DNA of 63,649 nt, filler included, from Welwitschia mirabilis (Eukaryota), in the NCBI GenBank assembly GCA_051453625.1. It is 7 parts of one record of this genome, joined end to end, with 100 filler letters (N's around TTAATTAATTAA, not from the genome) between each part and the next. Parts side by side here need not be neighbours in the genome. Positions count along the whole stretch, not along the records: positions 6,184 to 19,005 come from JBOZIK010000001.1; positions 19,106 to 36,388 come from JBOZIK010000001.1; 5 more parts are not named here. One strand, written 5' to 3'. The position numbers were made by a program, and so were the translations under genes. Below, one piece after another: positions 13,201 to 25,974 of the stretch. How positions within the stretch are numbered: the first letter of the stretch is position 1; every line of letters starts with the position of its first letter. Under the pieces are notes generated by a model. It was not told where the DNA came from. It ran no database searches and was given only the letters and a program-made list of their open reading frames with translations.

Positions 13201-15673
13201 TACTCTTATCATGTTGATTTTTCAAAAAGGAATAAGAAAAAATTGATATGTTACTTCTATGATAAAACTAATCATACTAGAATTATTTGAAAATTCAGTA
13301 ATGCCTTTTTTAGAAGTGGTTTTCTTCCTAGCTATAGATTTATTTGTAAGAAAATAAACTTTGATAATAGATGGAGTAATGATAGTAACTACAAAAAATT
13401 ATTAGTTCATACTACATTATCTATTACAGATGATATATACTAGTACTTTGATAATGGTTGTTATCAGCCTATAATAAGTAACACTATCTGATTCTTGAAC
13501 ATGAAGAAATGTATGGAGGATTTGTTAACATTTGAAGGTATGGAATTCAAATTGTAAAAGGAATTAATACCATAGGTGGTAAGAACTTTCCAATGATTCA
13601 TAACATCTTGTATGTAAATGGGATAAAGCAAAATCTTCTTATCATTAGTGAGATCTATGATAAAGCTATGTCTATTTTATCTAGTGCTTCTAGATATTAG
13701 TGTTCTAAATGGAAATGACAACATTTTAATTTTTAGTAGTCAAGATGAAGAATTATATTCCATTAGATAATATACCACTAATAGATGTTCATATTCTTCT
13801 TTTTTCGTTTCTAAAAGTAGATTATAACATAAACATTTCAGCTATGTAAATTTTAAAAATATCTATAGCATTGTTAAACATGAAGTAGTAAAAGGAATGT
13901 CTAAAATAGATGAAATCAAAGATGAGGTTTGTAAATCCTATTAATTAAGAAAGCAGACTAGAAAAAATTTTTTCAAAATTAACTATGTTAACAAAACCCT
14001 TAGATTTCTTATACCTAGATCTCATTGAAAATTTCCCTTATGAAAGTTTTGGGAGGAAAGAAATATATGCACATTATCATTGATGAATTTTCTAGATTCT
14101 CCTAGGTGCTATCTCTTAGATACAAGAGTGATTAAATAGACAAATTTTAAATTTTATGCAAAAGAGTAAAAAATGAAGTTAGTGTCAAAATAAAGAAAAT
14201 TAGAAGTGATGATATAGAAGAATTTAAAATAAAATATTTAAATCATTTTATAATAATAAAGGGATAACTCATAAATTCTCAACTTCCAAGTTTTCCAAAT
14301 AAAATGGATTTGTATAAAGGAAAAAGAAGGTATTATAAGAAATGACTAGTACTATGCTCTAAGAGAAGAATATGGAAAAACATCTTTTAGATAGATCCTT
14401 TAACATGGATTGTTATATTTCTAATAGATTTTTTTCTAGACTAGGAACTATGAAGACACTTTTTGAAATTTCGAAAGATATAAACCTAATGTCTCATACT
14501 TAATTTTTTTTGGAAGTAAGAGATACATTTTAAAGAACTCAAAAAAAATCAAGAAGTGTGATGTAAAGGCTATTATAGGTATTTTCCTAGATTAATTTAA
14601 GACTATCAAGACCTATAAAATCTTCAACCATTATTCTAGTGTAGTATAAGAAGTTTAACATGTAAAGATAGATGAAAATGAAATCAACTCTCCTAAAGAA
14701 GATGATGCAATTAATATGATCTTAAATAGAATAAGATCAAGTAACCAAGTTTCAACTTTTGAAACATCAACCTCAAAATGCTTAGAGTAACATAACTTTC
14801 TAAGGATCCTAAAACTCATATTTCCTCTCAAACTCAAATAGGAATTATTATTCTAAGAGATCTTTAAATAGATGTAGTGATTAATGATTTTTTTGATGAG
14901 AGAAAAATGAGAATCTTTATATGTTCTCATGCATTCTTTGTTTCTACTTTATAACTTAAAAAATTTAAAGAAACTAAAAATGATAAGAGTTGGATGTTGG
15001 AAATGCAAGAATAACTAAATAAATTTAAGAAAAATGATGTATAACAACTTATGTTAAGACATAAAGATCATAATGTAATTAAAATCAAATGGTTCTATAA
15101 AAAAATTAAATGAGAAATTTGAATCAATAATAAATAGAGATAGACTAGTTGCTTAAGGATATACTTGTATGAAAGGAATTAATTTTGACAAAATGTTTTC
15201 TCCTATAGATAGAATATATTTTATTTTTATTTCTTCTGCTTTCATTTATTATTTCAATTTTAAGATCTATCGGATGGATTTAAAAAATGCCTTTTTATTT
15301 GAAACATTAAATGAATTAATGTGTATAAAATGACCTCATATTGTTGAGGAACTAGAGTAGGCTAACCATGTTTATAGATTGAAAAAAAGTATTATATAGA
15401 TTAAATAAAGCTCCAAGGAAATGATATAAAAAACATAATTTATTCTTACTTAAAGAAAAATTTATCCATAAAAAAATACATGAAATTTTATTTTTGAGAA
15501 GAATTCAAAACGAATTTCTTATGATTTAGGTTTATGTAGAGGATATTATATTTGATGCAATCTTGGTTTTTATGTAGAATAAAGGAAAGATGGTATGTCC
15601 TTATTGCAATAAAAAATTGTAGTTATACTAGGAAAGAAGTTTAAAATATTAAAGAGAAAGATCATATAACCCC
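10228..15673 (+). pseudogene. Decayed Ty1/copia gag-pol (gag, protease, integrase, RT; truncated before RNase H), interrupted by a solo LTR
   Basis: gag PPYFNSDNYKF*KSKM..IWDHLHITYEGTSQIK; protease *YFDNGCYQPIISN (about 13441; cf. WYFDSGCSRHMTG); pre-integrase HKHFSYVNF..VCKSY*LRKQTR; integrase IIDEFSRFS*V..KIKKIRSD..NGFV*RKKK; RT RLVA*GYTCMKGINFDKMFSP..MDLKNAFL..VYVEDIIF. Domain order PR-IN-RT is the copia order. Confidence 0.93.
11884..13174 (-). mobile_element. Solo LTR (1291 bp) inserted in copia gag
   Basis: Plus strand reads TGTTCATG...CATGTTATCA. Flanked by TCTCC (11879-11883) and TCTTC (13175-13179), a 5-bp TSD with one C>T. Copia gag resumes afterwards with a Zn-knuckle relic ICYFYDKTNHTR. 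Confidence 0.8.
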
Positions 15674-16687
15674 TATTGGCAAAAATACTAGTTTTGATGA
15701 TGCCACACACTTGTTAAATGTAGTACGCTTTGTGTGTAGATAGGATAGTAAAGACATCTTTCACATTGATAATAGACATCTACTAAGTAAAAGACGTTTA
15801 TAAATGACAAATGTCTATACCCAATAAGAAATCTATGCTAAGTTAAATCTACAATTGAAGAACTAAATATATCATAAAAAATATGTGTATATTGAATGAA
15901 TAATGAAAGACATCTATTAAATGGAATATTTTTAGGATGAAATAGATGATAGAAATCAATATGTAACAAAACAAAAATAATAATAGATTATTCATTTTCT
16001 AGGATGCTAGGAAAGTTATGCATGCTAAATTCTTAATCCTAGGGGAACAAAAAAACATAAGTTAGAAGCTTATCAAAATTCAAACATGTTTGCTTTAGAT
16101 GTCTATCTTATGAAAGATATCTACCTGTGAAATATGTCTATCACATTATAGATGTCTACTAAAAAAATTGACATGAAAAATATACAATCATTGAATGATT
16201 AAAATCATCTATTTATAATTTTTAGACAACATTCAACTAACTCAAATGATTAGATCTCTAGGATAATAGAAAGAATACTTCAGAATTAGAAAGGAAAGAA
16301 AGAATTTTCTTTGAAAAGGATTTTTAAGAACTACATAAATTGAAGTCATTTGGATTTGACTTAAAAGGTATTATTACTAAAGGCATCTTGTGATCTATGC
16401 TTATCCATTACAACAACATTGCATTTTGATTTTATTAAGTGACTACATCAAAGGAGAGATAAGGCTACTATAGGGCTCCTCATTTTTAGACTTGTTATTC
16501 CTTGATTTTGAGTTATTATAATTTCATTATTAGACTATATAATTTGTGGAATCTCTTTTTTTTTTAGTTCATAAATTTTTTATTCATTTTTCTTATGTGT
16601 GGATGTGCTCCTTAAGTTTTTAACAAGTTCTTAAGAGAACTTTTGGCTATTGATCTAGTGTAGTTCGTAATAGGAAGAGAGTAATAT
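15674..16687 (+). mobile_element. Copia (SIRE-like) LTR fragment truncating the copia RT, itself cut by LTR family B
   Basis: RT similarity stops at ..DHITP. The sequence then reads TATTGGCAAAAATACTAGTTTTGATGATG and contains about 20-bp tandem units with a decayed palindromic TAGACGTCTA core. Confidence 0.6.
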
Positions 16688-17900
16688 TATTAACATGTGA
16701 AAATTAACATTACAATCAAATTAAATAACTAATTATTATTAATAGAAGACATTAATATAATTAGTTTTATCATATAAACATGTCTTCTAATGATTTTAAC
16801 GATAATTATGTACTTAGCATGTGCTCATGACATTTTCAGGTTACTTATGCCCAATGGAAATACATTCTTAAGAATGAAGATCATTAGAGCTCAAACACTA
16901 GCGCCATCATCTAGGATTATCAATTATGTCAGAAGTTTTATACTACATAGTGTAAATCTCATGTTCTTGATTTGTCATGAAAAATTAGATTATATGCAAT
17001 TATGGGCTTAATAAACTTTCACATCAAAAATAAATTTCATTTCTGACAACATGTGGTAGTGATAATGAGGATCTATAGAATGACATGTGACATGACTATG
17101 TAAGATAACGATGGAAACATATGGTTATGACAATGGTTGACAATAATGGCAGCATCTAGGAGCTAAGTGTTAGCACCATCATAGGAATCTCTACCAAATG
17201 AAAAAGATGATAAACCATCTTATCTAATGTTATGATTATGGAAATTTCTATGTAACATTATGAGCCAAGAGATTATAGCCATTCCTCACACCCATATCTT
17301 TCTACAAAAGAGTCTTGAACCCTTTATTTTATTATCTTTAGCTTTAAAAAATTATAAAAACTTGGAGCATCAATTGTAATGGCATTCTAAGAAATTCTTG
17401 AGAAGTAAGATAGTTTTTAGAATTACTTGATGAGTTTGACAACATCCTTCTTCCATTATTATAAAGTGTTTTTTTCCTTTACTACATTTAGTTGTTTACT
17501 TTTGATTTTAAATCATGAATCAAATTATATTTCAAATACTTAGGTAGTAACAATCATTAAGCTTCTCTTTATTTGAATAAGCTCTTTTAAAATTTGAGTT
17601 AAGTCTTTTAAATTTATATATTTTAAGTACTAAGATCTTGATAAGGATAAATTTTAAGTCAATATTTCTTATTAATGAAGTGTTTTTCCTTATTTCAACT
17701 ATAAATTTCATGAGAAAATATATGTTTTTATTTATTTTTATGCTTACTAATTAATAGACTAATTAGTTAGTATGTTAGTAGGTTAGTATGTATATATTTA
17801 ATTATTATGTTTCAAGTACAGGATGCCAAGTGGCATGAAGATGAGGGAGAAGGTTAAGGTAACAAATTAGCATAACAACCCCAATCATGTACCTATTCCT
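16688..17900 (+). mobile_element. LTR family B copy (3' end unclear, runs toward gap)
   Basis: TATTAACATGTGAAAATTAACATTACAATC matches the reverse complement of the 45060 end (TGTTAACATGTAAAAAATAACATTATAATC). Similarity continues for about 950 bp. Confidence 0.8.
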
Positions 17901-19105
17901 NNNNNNNNNNNNNNNNNNNNNNNNNNNNNNNNNNNNNNNNNNNNNNNNNNNNNNNNNNNNNNNNNNNNNNNNNNNNNNNNNNNNNNNNNNNNNNNNNNNN
18001 NNNNNNNNNNNNNNNNNNNNNNNNNNNNNNNNNNNNNNNNNNNNNNNNNNNNNNNNNNNNNNNNNNNNNNNNNNNNNNNNNNNNNNNNNNNNNNNNNNNN
18101 NNNNNNNNNNNNNNNNNNNNNNNNNNNNNNNNNNNNNNNNNNNNNNNNNNNNNNNNNNNNNNNNNNNNNNNNNNNNNNNNNNNNNNNNNNNNNNNNNNNN
18201 NNNNNNNNNNNNNNNNNNNNNNNNNNNNNNNNNNNNNNNNNNNNNNNNNNNNNNNNNNNNNNNNNNNNNNNNNNNNNNNNNNNNNNNNNNNNNNNNNNNN
18301 NNNNNNNNNNNNNNNNNNNNNNNNNNNNNNNNNNNNNNNNNNNNNNNNNNNNNNNNNNNNNNNNNNNNNNNNNNNNNNNNNNNNNNNNNNNNNNNNNNNN
18401 NNNNNNNNNNNNNNNNNNNNNNNNNNNNNNNNNNNNNNNNNNNNNNNNNNNNNNNNNNNNNNNNNNNNNNNNNNNNNNNNNNNNNNNNNNNNNNNNNNNN
18501 NNNNNNNNNNNNNNNNNNNNNNNNNNNNNNNNNNNNNNNNNNNNNNNNNNNNNNNNNNNNNNNGAATGTTAAGCTAGGGAATTCCAGCTAGCTTACAAAG
18601 GTAACAGTAACATTTTTCTACGTTTTATAGTATACCTACAAAGAAGAACATAGTTTTTTAGCTCATCTTTATATGACAATTGGTATTTCAACGTAAAGCT
18701 GAAAAGAAATTGAGTATCATTGTGTGAATACTTTATTACTTATAAAAGTAATATTACTTCAATCTTACTCCTGTTTGTGTACTAATCATAAACTACGATA
18801 ATTTTAGTACTTAGAAATAAGTATTGCTCAATAGTTCATTTAATTACTATTATGTTTTATTTCTTCTAGTATCCCCCTTTGGTACTTAGTAATTAATCTT
18901 AAATGACTACTTTAAATAACTTCATCACAAGACTATTATGATGAACTAGTTCTTTAGTAAGCCTTTGATGTATTTTTATGTAATTATGTGTGCTTATTTC
19001 AAGTTNNNNNNNNNNNNNNNNNNNNNNNNNNNNNNNNNNNNNNNNNNNNTTAATTAATTAANNNNNNNNNNNNNNNNNNNNNNNNNNNNNNNNNNNNNNN
19101 NNNNN

Positions 19106-22100
19106 TGTATAGCTCAAAACATATCAGTCTTATGGAAGAAGTAGGTAAGAAAGTAAATGATAGTATAGTAGAAAAGTTTAATCAATTAGATGTGAAACAC
19201 CTCAAAGGAGAAGAAGGACTTACATGTGAACATTATGAGGAAGATAATTATGATGAAATAGAATGCCCTTAGATGCAAGAATTATTTTAATGATTAGATA
19301 TCAATAGATTAAGTTTAAATTATGGCAATGAATCTCAAACTAGAAAGAAATCATATCCTTATCAAAGTAGGAAATGGGAAGAAAAAATAAAGAGACCCTT
19401 ATAAAGATGTGCAAATTCAAAGAGGCAAGAGCAAAATGTTTACTATATAAGTTAGGAAAATAGAGATCTAAAAAAACAAAAATAAATATCCAAAATTGAA
19501 AGAAAGAAGGAAAAATCCCTACTCAACCTTAACTAAATTCTAGAGAAGTAATAAGTAAAGCAGTGTCTACTAGATCTAGGAAATAGAAAGTGATAAGCAA
19601 ATAGCAGAAAAAGAATGTAAATCTCAGCAACTTCCTAGATAGAGAAAAGTAAAAATTTGAAAGAAAAACAATGGATAATAGCTTAGTAGATTCATTACAT
19701 TTGTCAATGAGAAGTAAACAGATAGAACACCTAAAAGTTGAAAAGAATATAAAAGATTTATTAAGGATATTAGAAGATACAAAAAATATCAGTACCCCTT
19801 TTAAAATTATTAAAGGATATACCTATGTATTAAAAATAGATGAAGGGGATGTGCTTAAAATAGAAAAGTAAAAAAGAAAACTTAAAAAAAATAAGAAAAC
19901 AAATTAAGATGATAAGAAAGGAACAAGTTTCTTGCACTTCCACAGAAGTTCTTTAAAATAGACAACATGAAAAGTACAGTAATCCAAGAACACCTATGAT
20001 GGATGTAAAAATAGACGAAAAGCTTAAAGTAGAAGCACTTATAGATCTTGGAGCAAGTATTAATGTTATGGCCTATGAAAATCATGAATAATTAGAAAAG
20101 CTAAAATTAATATCTTTCCAAGGCAATGTTTACTTAGCAGATGTCTCAGCAATTATACCAGAAGGAGTTTTGAAGGGTATACCCATAGAACTCTAAGGTT
20201 TCATCTATTTTATAGATTCGCTAGTAATGAAAAATCAAAGAGACATCCATGTAGTGATTCTTAGGAGGCCATGGATGGCTACTACAGATGCTACTATTTA
20301 TTTTAAAAGAGGGGTAATGGAAATTAGTCTTGGAGATCTTATAAACAAAATTAAACTTTCCAATTTAGTGATTATTAAAGAGATGGTACAAAACATAGAA
20401 GCAAGAACCCATGTAATTCTAACATAGGAAGTTAATTAGAAGTTAAATAAATAAAATGAGAAGAAATACAAGAAAGAATATTTAGCAATCAAAGAAATGG
20501 AAAAAACTTTTCTTAAGAAAGGGCTAGAGTATATTGAAATATCTTCTAATAAACCTTTGATCATAAATAGTTATTTAAGTCATTCTTAGAAGAAAAGACT
20601 TAAAATAATGTTAATTAAAAGAAAATAATTCTTTGCTTAGGACAATATAGATATTAAAGGAATAGATCCAAAAATTTGCTAACACAGAATCTACTTAAAT
20701 ACTTCTATTAAATCAAGTCAACAACCAGAGAGAAGGTGTAACACACATATGCAAGAGGTAATTAAATAAGAAAATTTGAACTCTTATAGGTAGGATTTAT
20801 TTATCCAATATATTATTTAGAATGAGTTAGTCCTATAATAGTGGTACCAAAGAAAGGAAAATAAATGAAAAGTGTATATGGACTTCATAATGTTAAATAC
20901 AACAACTTATAAAGATCACTTCTCTCTTCCATTTATTGATCAAGTTTTAGAAAGGGTGTCTACATATCAATACTGTAGATTCTTATATGGATATATTGGT
21001 TACAATTACGTCCCTATATCTTTAGAGGATTAAGCCAAAACAACTTTCACTTTCCATTGGAATACTTATGCTTATAAACTATTGCCATTTAGACTATATA
21101 ATGCTCCCACTACTATTCAAAGGTTAGTAAATAGTATTTTTCAAGACATGATAAGAAGTCTAATTGAAGAATTTATAGATTATTTCTTAACATTTACAAA
21201 AAATTTTGAAGAGTCACTTGAGAGGCTAGAAAAAGTTTTGAAAAGACACAAGGAAAAACGTTGTAAACTTCACTCATCAAAAAGTCATATTATGGTGATA
21301 GAAGGCATAATGTCAGGACATAAAATACCTAGAAATGGGATTGAAACTGATGACTAGAAAATCAAAGCTATAAAAGATAATCCATTTCCAACTAAACTTA
21401 AAGAGATTAGATCTTTTCTAGGACATGTTGGATATTATATAAGATTCATATTCAATTTTAGCAAAATCGCTAAACCTTTGAGTAATCTTCTATAAAAGGA
21501 TGTGGAATATGACTGGACTGAAAAATGTTAAGATGCCTATTAAACCTTTAAAATTTTTTTTATTATTATCTATTCTACAAGGCCAAATTAGATAAGACCA
21601 TTCCACATTATAACAGATGCATATGAACATGCTATGGGAGCAATTTTAGAATAGAAAGATGAAGATAATAAAACCTATACCATTGATTACATTAGTAAGA
21701 ATTTTAAACTAAATTAACAAAATTATATAGTAACAGAGAAATAATTGTTAGTAGTGGTAATGGCATTAATAAAATTTAGACATTATATCTTAGGTTATAA
21801 AGTGAAAGTTCATATTGACCATAGTGCCATTAGATTTTTAATGAATAAGAAAGAAGCAAACTCAAGGATTATGAGATGAAAATTATCAGTGTAGGAGTTT
21901 AACTTAAAAATTATTGATAAAAAAGGGACAAAAAATGTGGTAGCAGATCAGTATGAAGTTTAGAGTTTCCAGATAAAGAGCAAATCAACATAAGAGATGA
22001 TTTTCCCAATGAGCATATTTTTTAGGTAACCATAAATCCGTGGTATGCTGACATTGCTAATTTTCTTGTAAGTAAAAGATTACCCTCTTTCATGACTTAT

Positions 22101-23950
22101 TATGAAAAAAAAAAATTATNNNNNNNNNNNNNNNNNNNNNNNNNNNNNNNNNNNNNNNNNNNNNNNNNNNNNNNNNNNNNNNNNNNNNNNNNNNNNNNNN
22201 NNNNNNNNNNNNNNNNNNNATGCCTATTAAACCTTTAAAAAAAATTTTATTAGTACCTATTCTATAAGTGCCAAATTAGATAAGACCATTCCATGTTATA
22301 ACAGATGCATATGAACATGCTATGGGAGCAATTTTAGGATAGAAAGATGAAGATAATAAACCCTATGCCATTGATTACATTAGTAAGAATTTTAAACTAA
22401 ATTAACAAAATTATATAGTAATAAAGAAATAATTGTTAGTAGTGGTAATGGCATTAAGAAAATTTAGACATTATATCTTAGGTTATAAAGTGAAAGTTCA
22501 TATTAACCATAGTGCCATTAGATTTTTAATGAATAAGAAAGAAGCAAACTTGAGCATTATGAGATGAATATTAATAGGAAAGAAACAGATAATGTAATAG
22601 TAAATCACTTATCAAGGTTAGAGCTTTTAGATTAAGAGTAGATCAACATAAGAGATGAGTTTCTCAACGAATGCCTATTTTAGATAACCACAAATTTGTG
22701 GTATGCTAACATTACCAATTTTCTTATAAGCAAAAGATTACCATCTTTCATGGCTTATTATAAAAGAAAAATATTGTTAAGGGAGTTTAAAGATTATATT
22801 TGGTATGATAGAATGTTATTTAGAGAATGTAAAGACCATGTCATTGGAAGATGCATAGAGGGAAACTTCTAAAAAGAAATTTAAAGGAGTTAACAAGGAA
22901 GAAAGAGATGGATACTACAATGTAAAGAGAACATGAATGAAAATCCTTCATATGGGATACTATTAGTCCACTATATTTAAGGATGCAAATACCTATGTCC
23001 AAAGTTGTGATAAATGTCAAAGAGAAGGTACATTTAGCCAAAACTTAAAAATGCCACAATAATGGATTCAAACTATTGAACCTTTTGATGTTTGGGGAAT
23101 AGATTTAATTGGACATATCAATCCTTCATCTTTTAGAAAGAAATACATTTTTGTCTATGTTGACTACTTCACTAAATGGGCTGACACTAAGGCTGTAACA
23201 AATTATTATTCCAAAAACATAATTAACTTTTTTCTTAGAAATATTATCTATTAGTTTGAAGCCCCTCGAAGTCTTATATCTGATAGGGAAACTCATTTTA
23301 CTAGTGAACTTTTTGAGAAACTTTTGAGTAAGTGCAAAATCCATCACAAACTTTATATTGCCTATCACCCTTAATTTAATGGCTATGCTGAAGTAACTAA
23401 TAGAGAGTTCAATAGAATATTAAAAAAAAGTTATAAACAATAACAAAACTAATTGGGATAATAAGTTAAATGAAGCTCTATAGGATTATGTAAGAACTTG
23501 GAAACATACTACAAGATTTACTCCATATGAATTAATATATGGAAAGAAGCTATTTTTCTAATTAAACTTAGAATAAAAACATCTAATTTAGCTAGAGAAT
23601 TAAAATGTAATTTAGACAAAGCTCAAAAAGAATGGATATAAAACATGAATATTTTAGATAAAAATAAGAAATAAGCTCTTCTACGTAAATAACTTATGTA
23701 ATAGAAAACTAAAATATATCATGATAAAAGAATCAAGAAAACAAATTTTAACATAGAAGATTTTGTATTAATTTATGATCCTAATAAAATCCATTCAAAA
23801 CAAAAATATGAACAAAATTGACTAGAAACCTATACCATAATAAAAATTCTAGAGAATGAAGTAATAAAAATCTATGATCATGATGAAAAAGTAACTTACC
23901 AAGTTAATAGATGAAGAGTAAGGTTGTATTATGATCATAAATCCATACTT
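19106..23950 (+). pseudogene. Decayed Ty3/gypsy (non-chromovirus, Athila-like) gag end, PR, RT, RNase H and integrase
   Basis: Protease ALIDLGASINVM (about 20035); RT KDHFSLPFIDQVLERV..KTTFTFHW..PFRLYNAPTTIQR..FIDYF; RH PFHIITDAYEHAMGAIL..NYIVTEK..HIDHSAIRFL; IN CDKCQR..EPFDVWGIDLIG..VDYFTKW..LISDRETHF..AYHP*FNG.AE. The RH segment is duplicated across gap 22120-22219. Confidence 0.95.
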
Positions 23951-24759
23951 AATTACTTAAGAAACCCTAATAGGATGGAAATAATACTTTCACTTTACCT
24001 ATGAAATAAAGATCCAGAATTAGATAATAAAAAGAACATGTTATTTCTTTAAAGTTTATTAAATCTATCAATTTATCAAGTTTTTTAAGGTAAATGAAAT
24101 AATTATAAATAAAGAAGTTGACTTAATAAGTCTTCAATAGCAAATTATGCATTATCTTTAGTAAGAAAATTAAGGAGATACATCCTATCACATAATAAAA
24201 TACCATCTAAGTAGCTATAAGAACTCCACTAAAGGGTTAGTTAGCCATGATCTGGATATACCAATATATATATATATACTCTTTTGACAGTGGTTGTACT
24301 CTCTTAATTGTGGTTAATCCAAGTTATGAAAAGTGAAAATTTGAGGAATAGTTGTGCTCTAAGCATTATCTAAGACACAGCTAGTTACCAAAACTAGAGC
24401 CTTATCACAAGTAAAGATTAGAAAAGAAAATAAAATAGAAGGAAATATTTTAATCTATGATGAAATATATATCTAAATATTTCCAANNNNNNNNNNNNNN
24501 NNNNNNNNNNNNNNNNNNNNNNNNNNNNNNNNNNNNNNNNNNNNNNNNNNNNNNNNNNNNNNNNNNNNNNNNNNNNNNNNNNNNNNNNNNNNNNNNNNNN
24601 NNNNNNNNNNNNNNNNNNNNNNNNNNNNNNNNNNNNNNNNNNNNNNNNNNNNNNNNNNNNNNNNNNNNNNNNTTATTAAGCAAAGAAAGTATTGCATTCA
24701 ATTATAGAAGTAAAAGATAAAACACTTCTCAAATACTTAAATAAACTACTCCTTAATTT

Positions 24760-25423
24760 AAGCAGATCAATTTTTAAAGTAACTACAAAACTTATTCCTA
24801 GTCTTTGATGTTGACCTAGTAGAATTCTCACCTGAGGTTAAGAGATGCATTTCATCTAGAGATTTAGTTAGCATATCAATCTCTTCTGGATAGGCTATCT
24901 AAAAGCTTTGATAACATTTAGCATTCCATATCATCCTTTCTATATTATTCTTATCAGAACTTAATGCAGTGAAGCTCAGGACAGGATTAGTACCCTAAAG
25001 CTGATTAACTTTATTTTCTAAAATTTGTATCTGTCTACCTAGCTAATCTAAAGAAATTTTTCAAGTTAACTCTCCATAATTGAGCTACTAACGTAGTTCT
25101 TCACTTCTTAATCTCAGGTACTTGCTTACTAAGTGGTGGATTAAATAACCAAATCTTGGAGAAATGAAATCATTTCCAAAGTGATCCTTATTAGCCTTAG
25201 TGATGAAGAGATCTAAAGCCTCTAAAACCTCAATAATTGATTTGTAATCACAGTAATAAAATTGTTTAACTACATTCTTAGACCTAATAGAGACTTGAGG
25301 TGATTAAGGGTCTATAGTGCTAATGCACATATCTATTTGTATCAAACCCTAGTTAAATAAACAATGCTTTAACTTCTTAATGTCAAAGGTAAAAATAGGA
25401 AAAGAAGGATGAGTATAAGTCAT
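24760..25423 (-). pseudogene. Relic accessory ORF of unknown function, antisense to a plus-strand LTR-element 3' end
   Basis: One frame from ATG at 25423 reads as plausible protein for about 220 codons with no obvious frameshift. Most interrupting stops are TAG (probable CAG>TAG). Confidence 0.45.
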
Positions 25424-25676
25424 GGAGATTAAAGAATAAGAGAATACAAAAGAAAGTACAAAGTAACTAAGCAAAGAGATTCTTAAGCTTACATGGAAAG
25501 TGATGGATGATTAGCACAAAGGAAATATAATTTACAGCATAAATCTTACTCTCCTATCTAATAAGTGTAATTTAACTAAGTTATCTAGTGCACACGTGTT
25601 TGCTTTTAAAGTGAAAGATTTGACAGAAGGGATATACCTATTTTACCAAATAGAATAAGTATGTTAAGTATCAGCA

Positions 25677-25765
25677 TTACACATCCTGTAATGCTAGGCC
25701 AAAATGTATGTTACACATCCTATAGTAGTAGGCCATATTGGTACTACACATCTTGTAGTCCTAGG
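25677..25765. repeat. Three tandem 33-34 bp repeats
   Basis: ttacacatcctgtaatgctagg at 25677, ttacacatcctatagtagtagg at 25711 and ctacacatcttgtagtcctagg at 25744. Confidence 0.85.
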
Positions 25766-25906
25766 ATTAGATGCGACTTCAATCAAAGACTTAAAAGTCA
25801 AATGAAGTCCATGATGCATAAAAGAAAAATGAGTTTGACTCAACTCATTGTCAATTAAAAGTTAGATTGAAATACTAGATCTTCTCTTAACTAGATATCT
25901 TTATTT

Positions 25907-25970
25907 GAGTAGAAGATGTTGGGTTTATACTCAGATGATGTACTACTACAATGACTTCATGCTACATAAG
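25907..25970 (+). mobile_element. Putative PPT plus start of a truncated 3' LTR
   Basis: Purine-rich GAGTAGAAGA is immediately followed by TGTTGGGTTT at 25917. Confidence 0.4.
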
Positions 25971-25974
25971 TTTC

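Noticed and set aside
17887..18591. Long ORF-track entries made of X residues (also 24450-24720, 26657-27398, 47903-48776 and others)
   Set aside because: They are open only because N runs contain no stops. Only their flanking residues are informative.
18700..18960. LTR end and PBS (acaattggtatttc at about 18677) linking LTR B to the 19106 gypsy pol
   Set aside because: Poor match to Met or Asp PBS, and two gaps including a linker intervene, so the link is unsupported.
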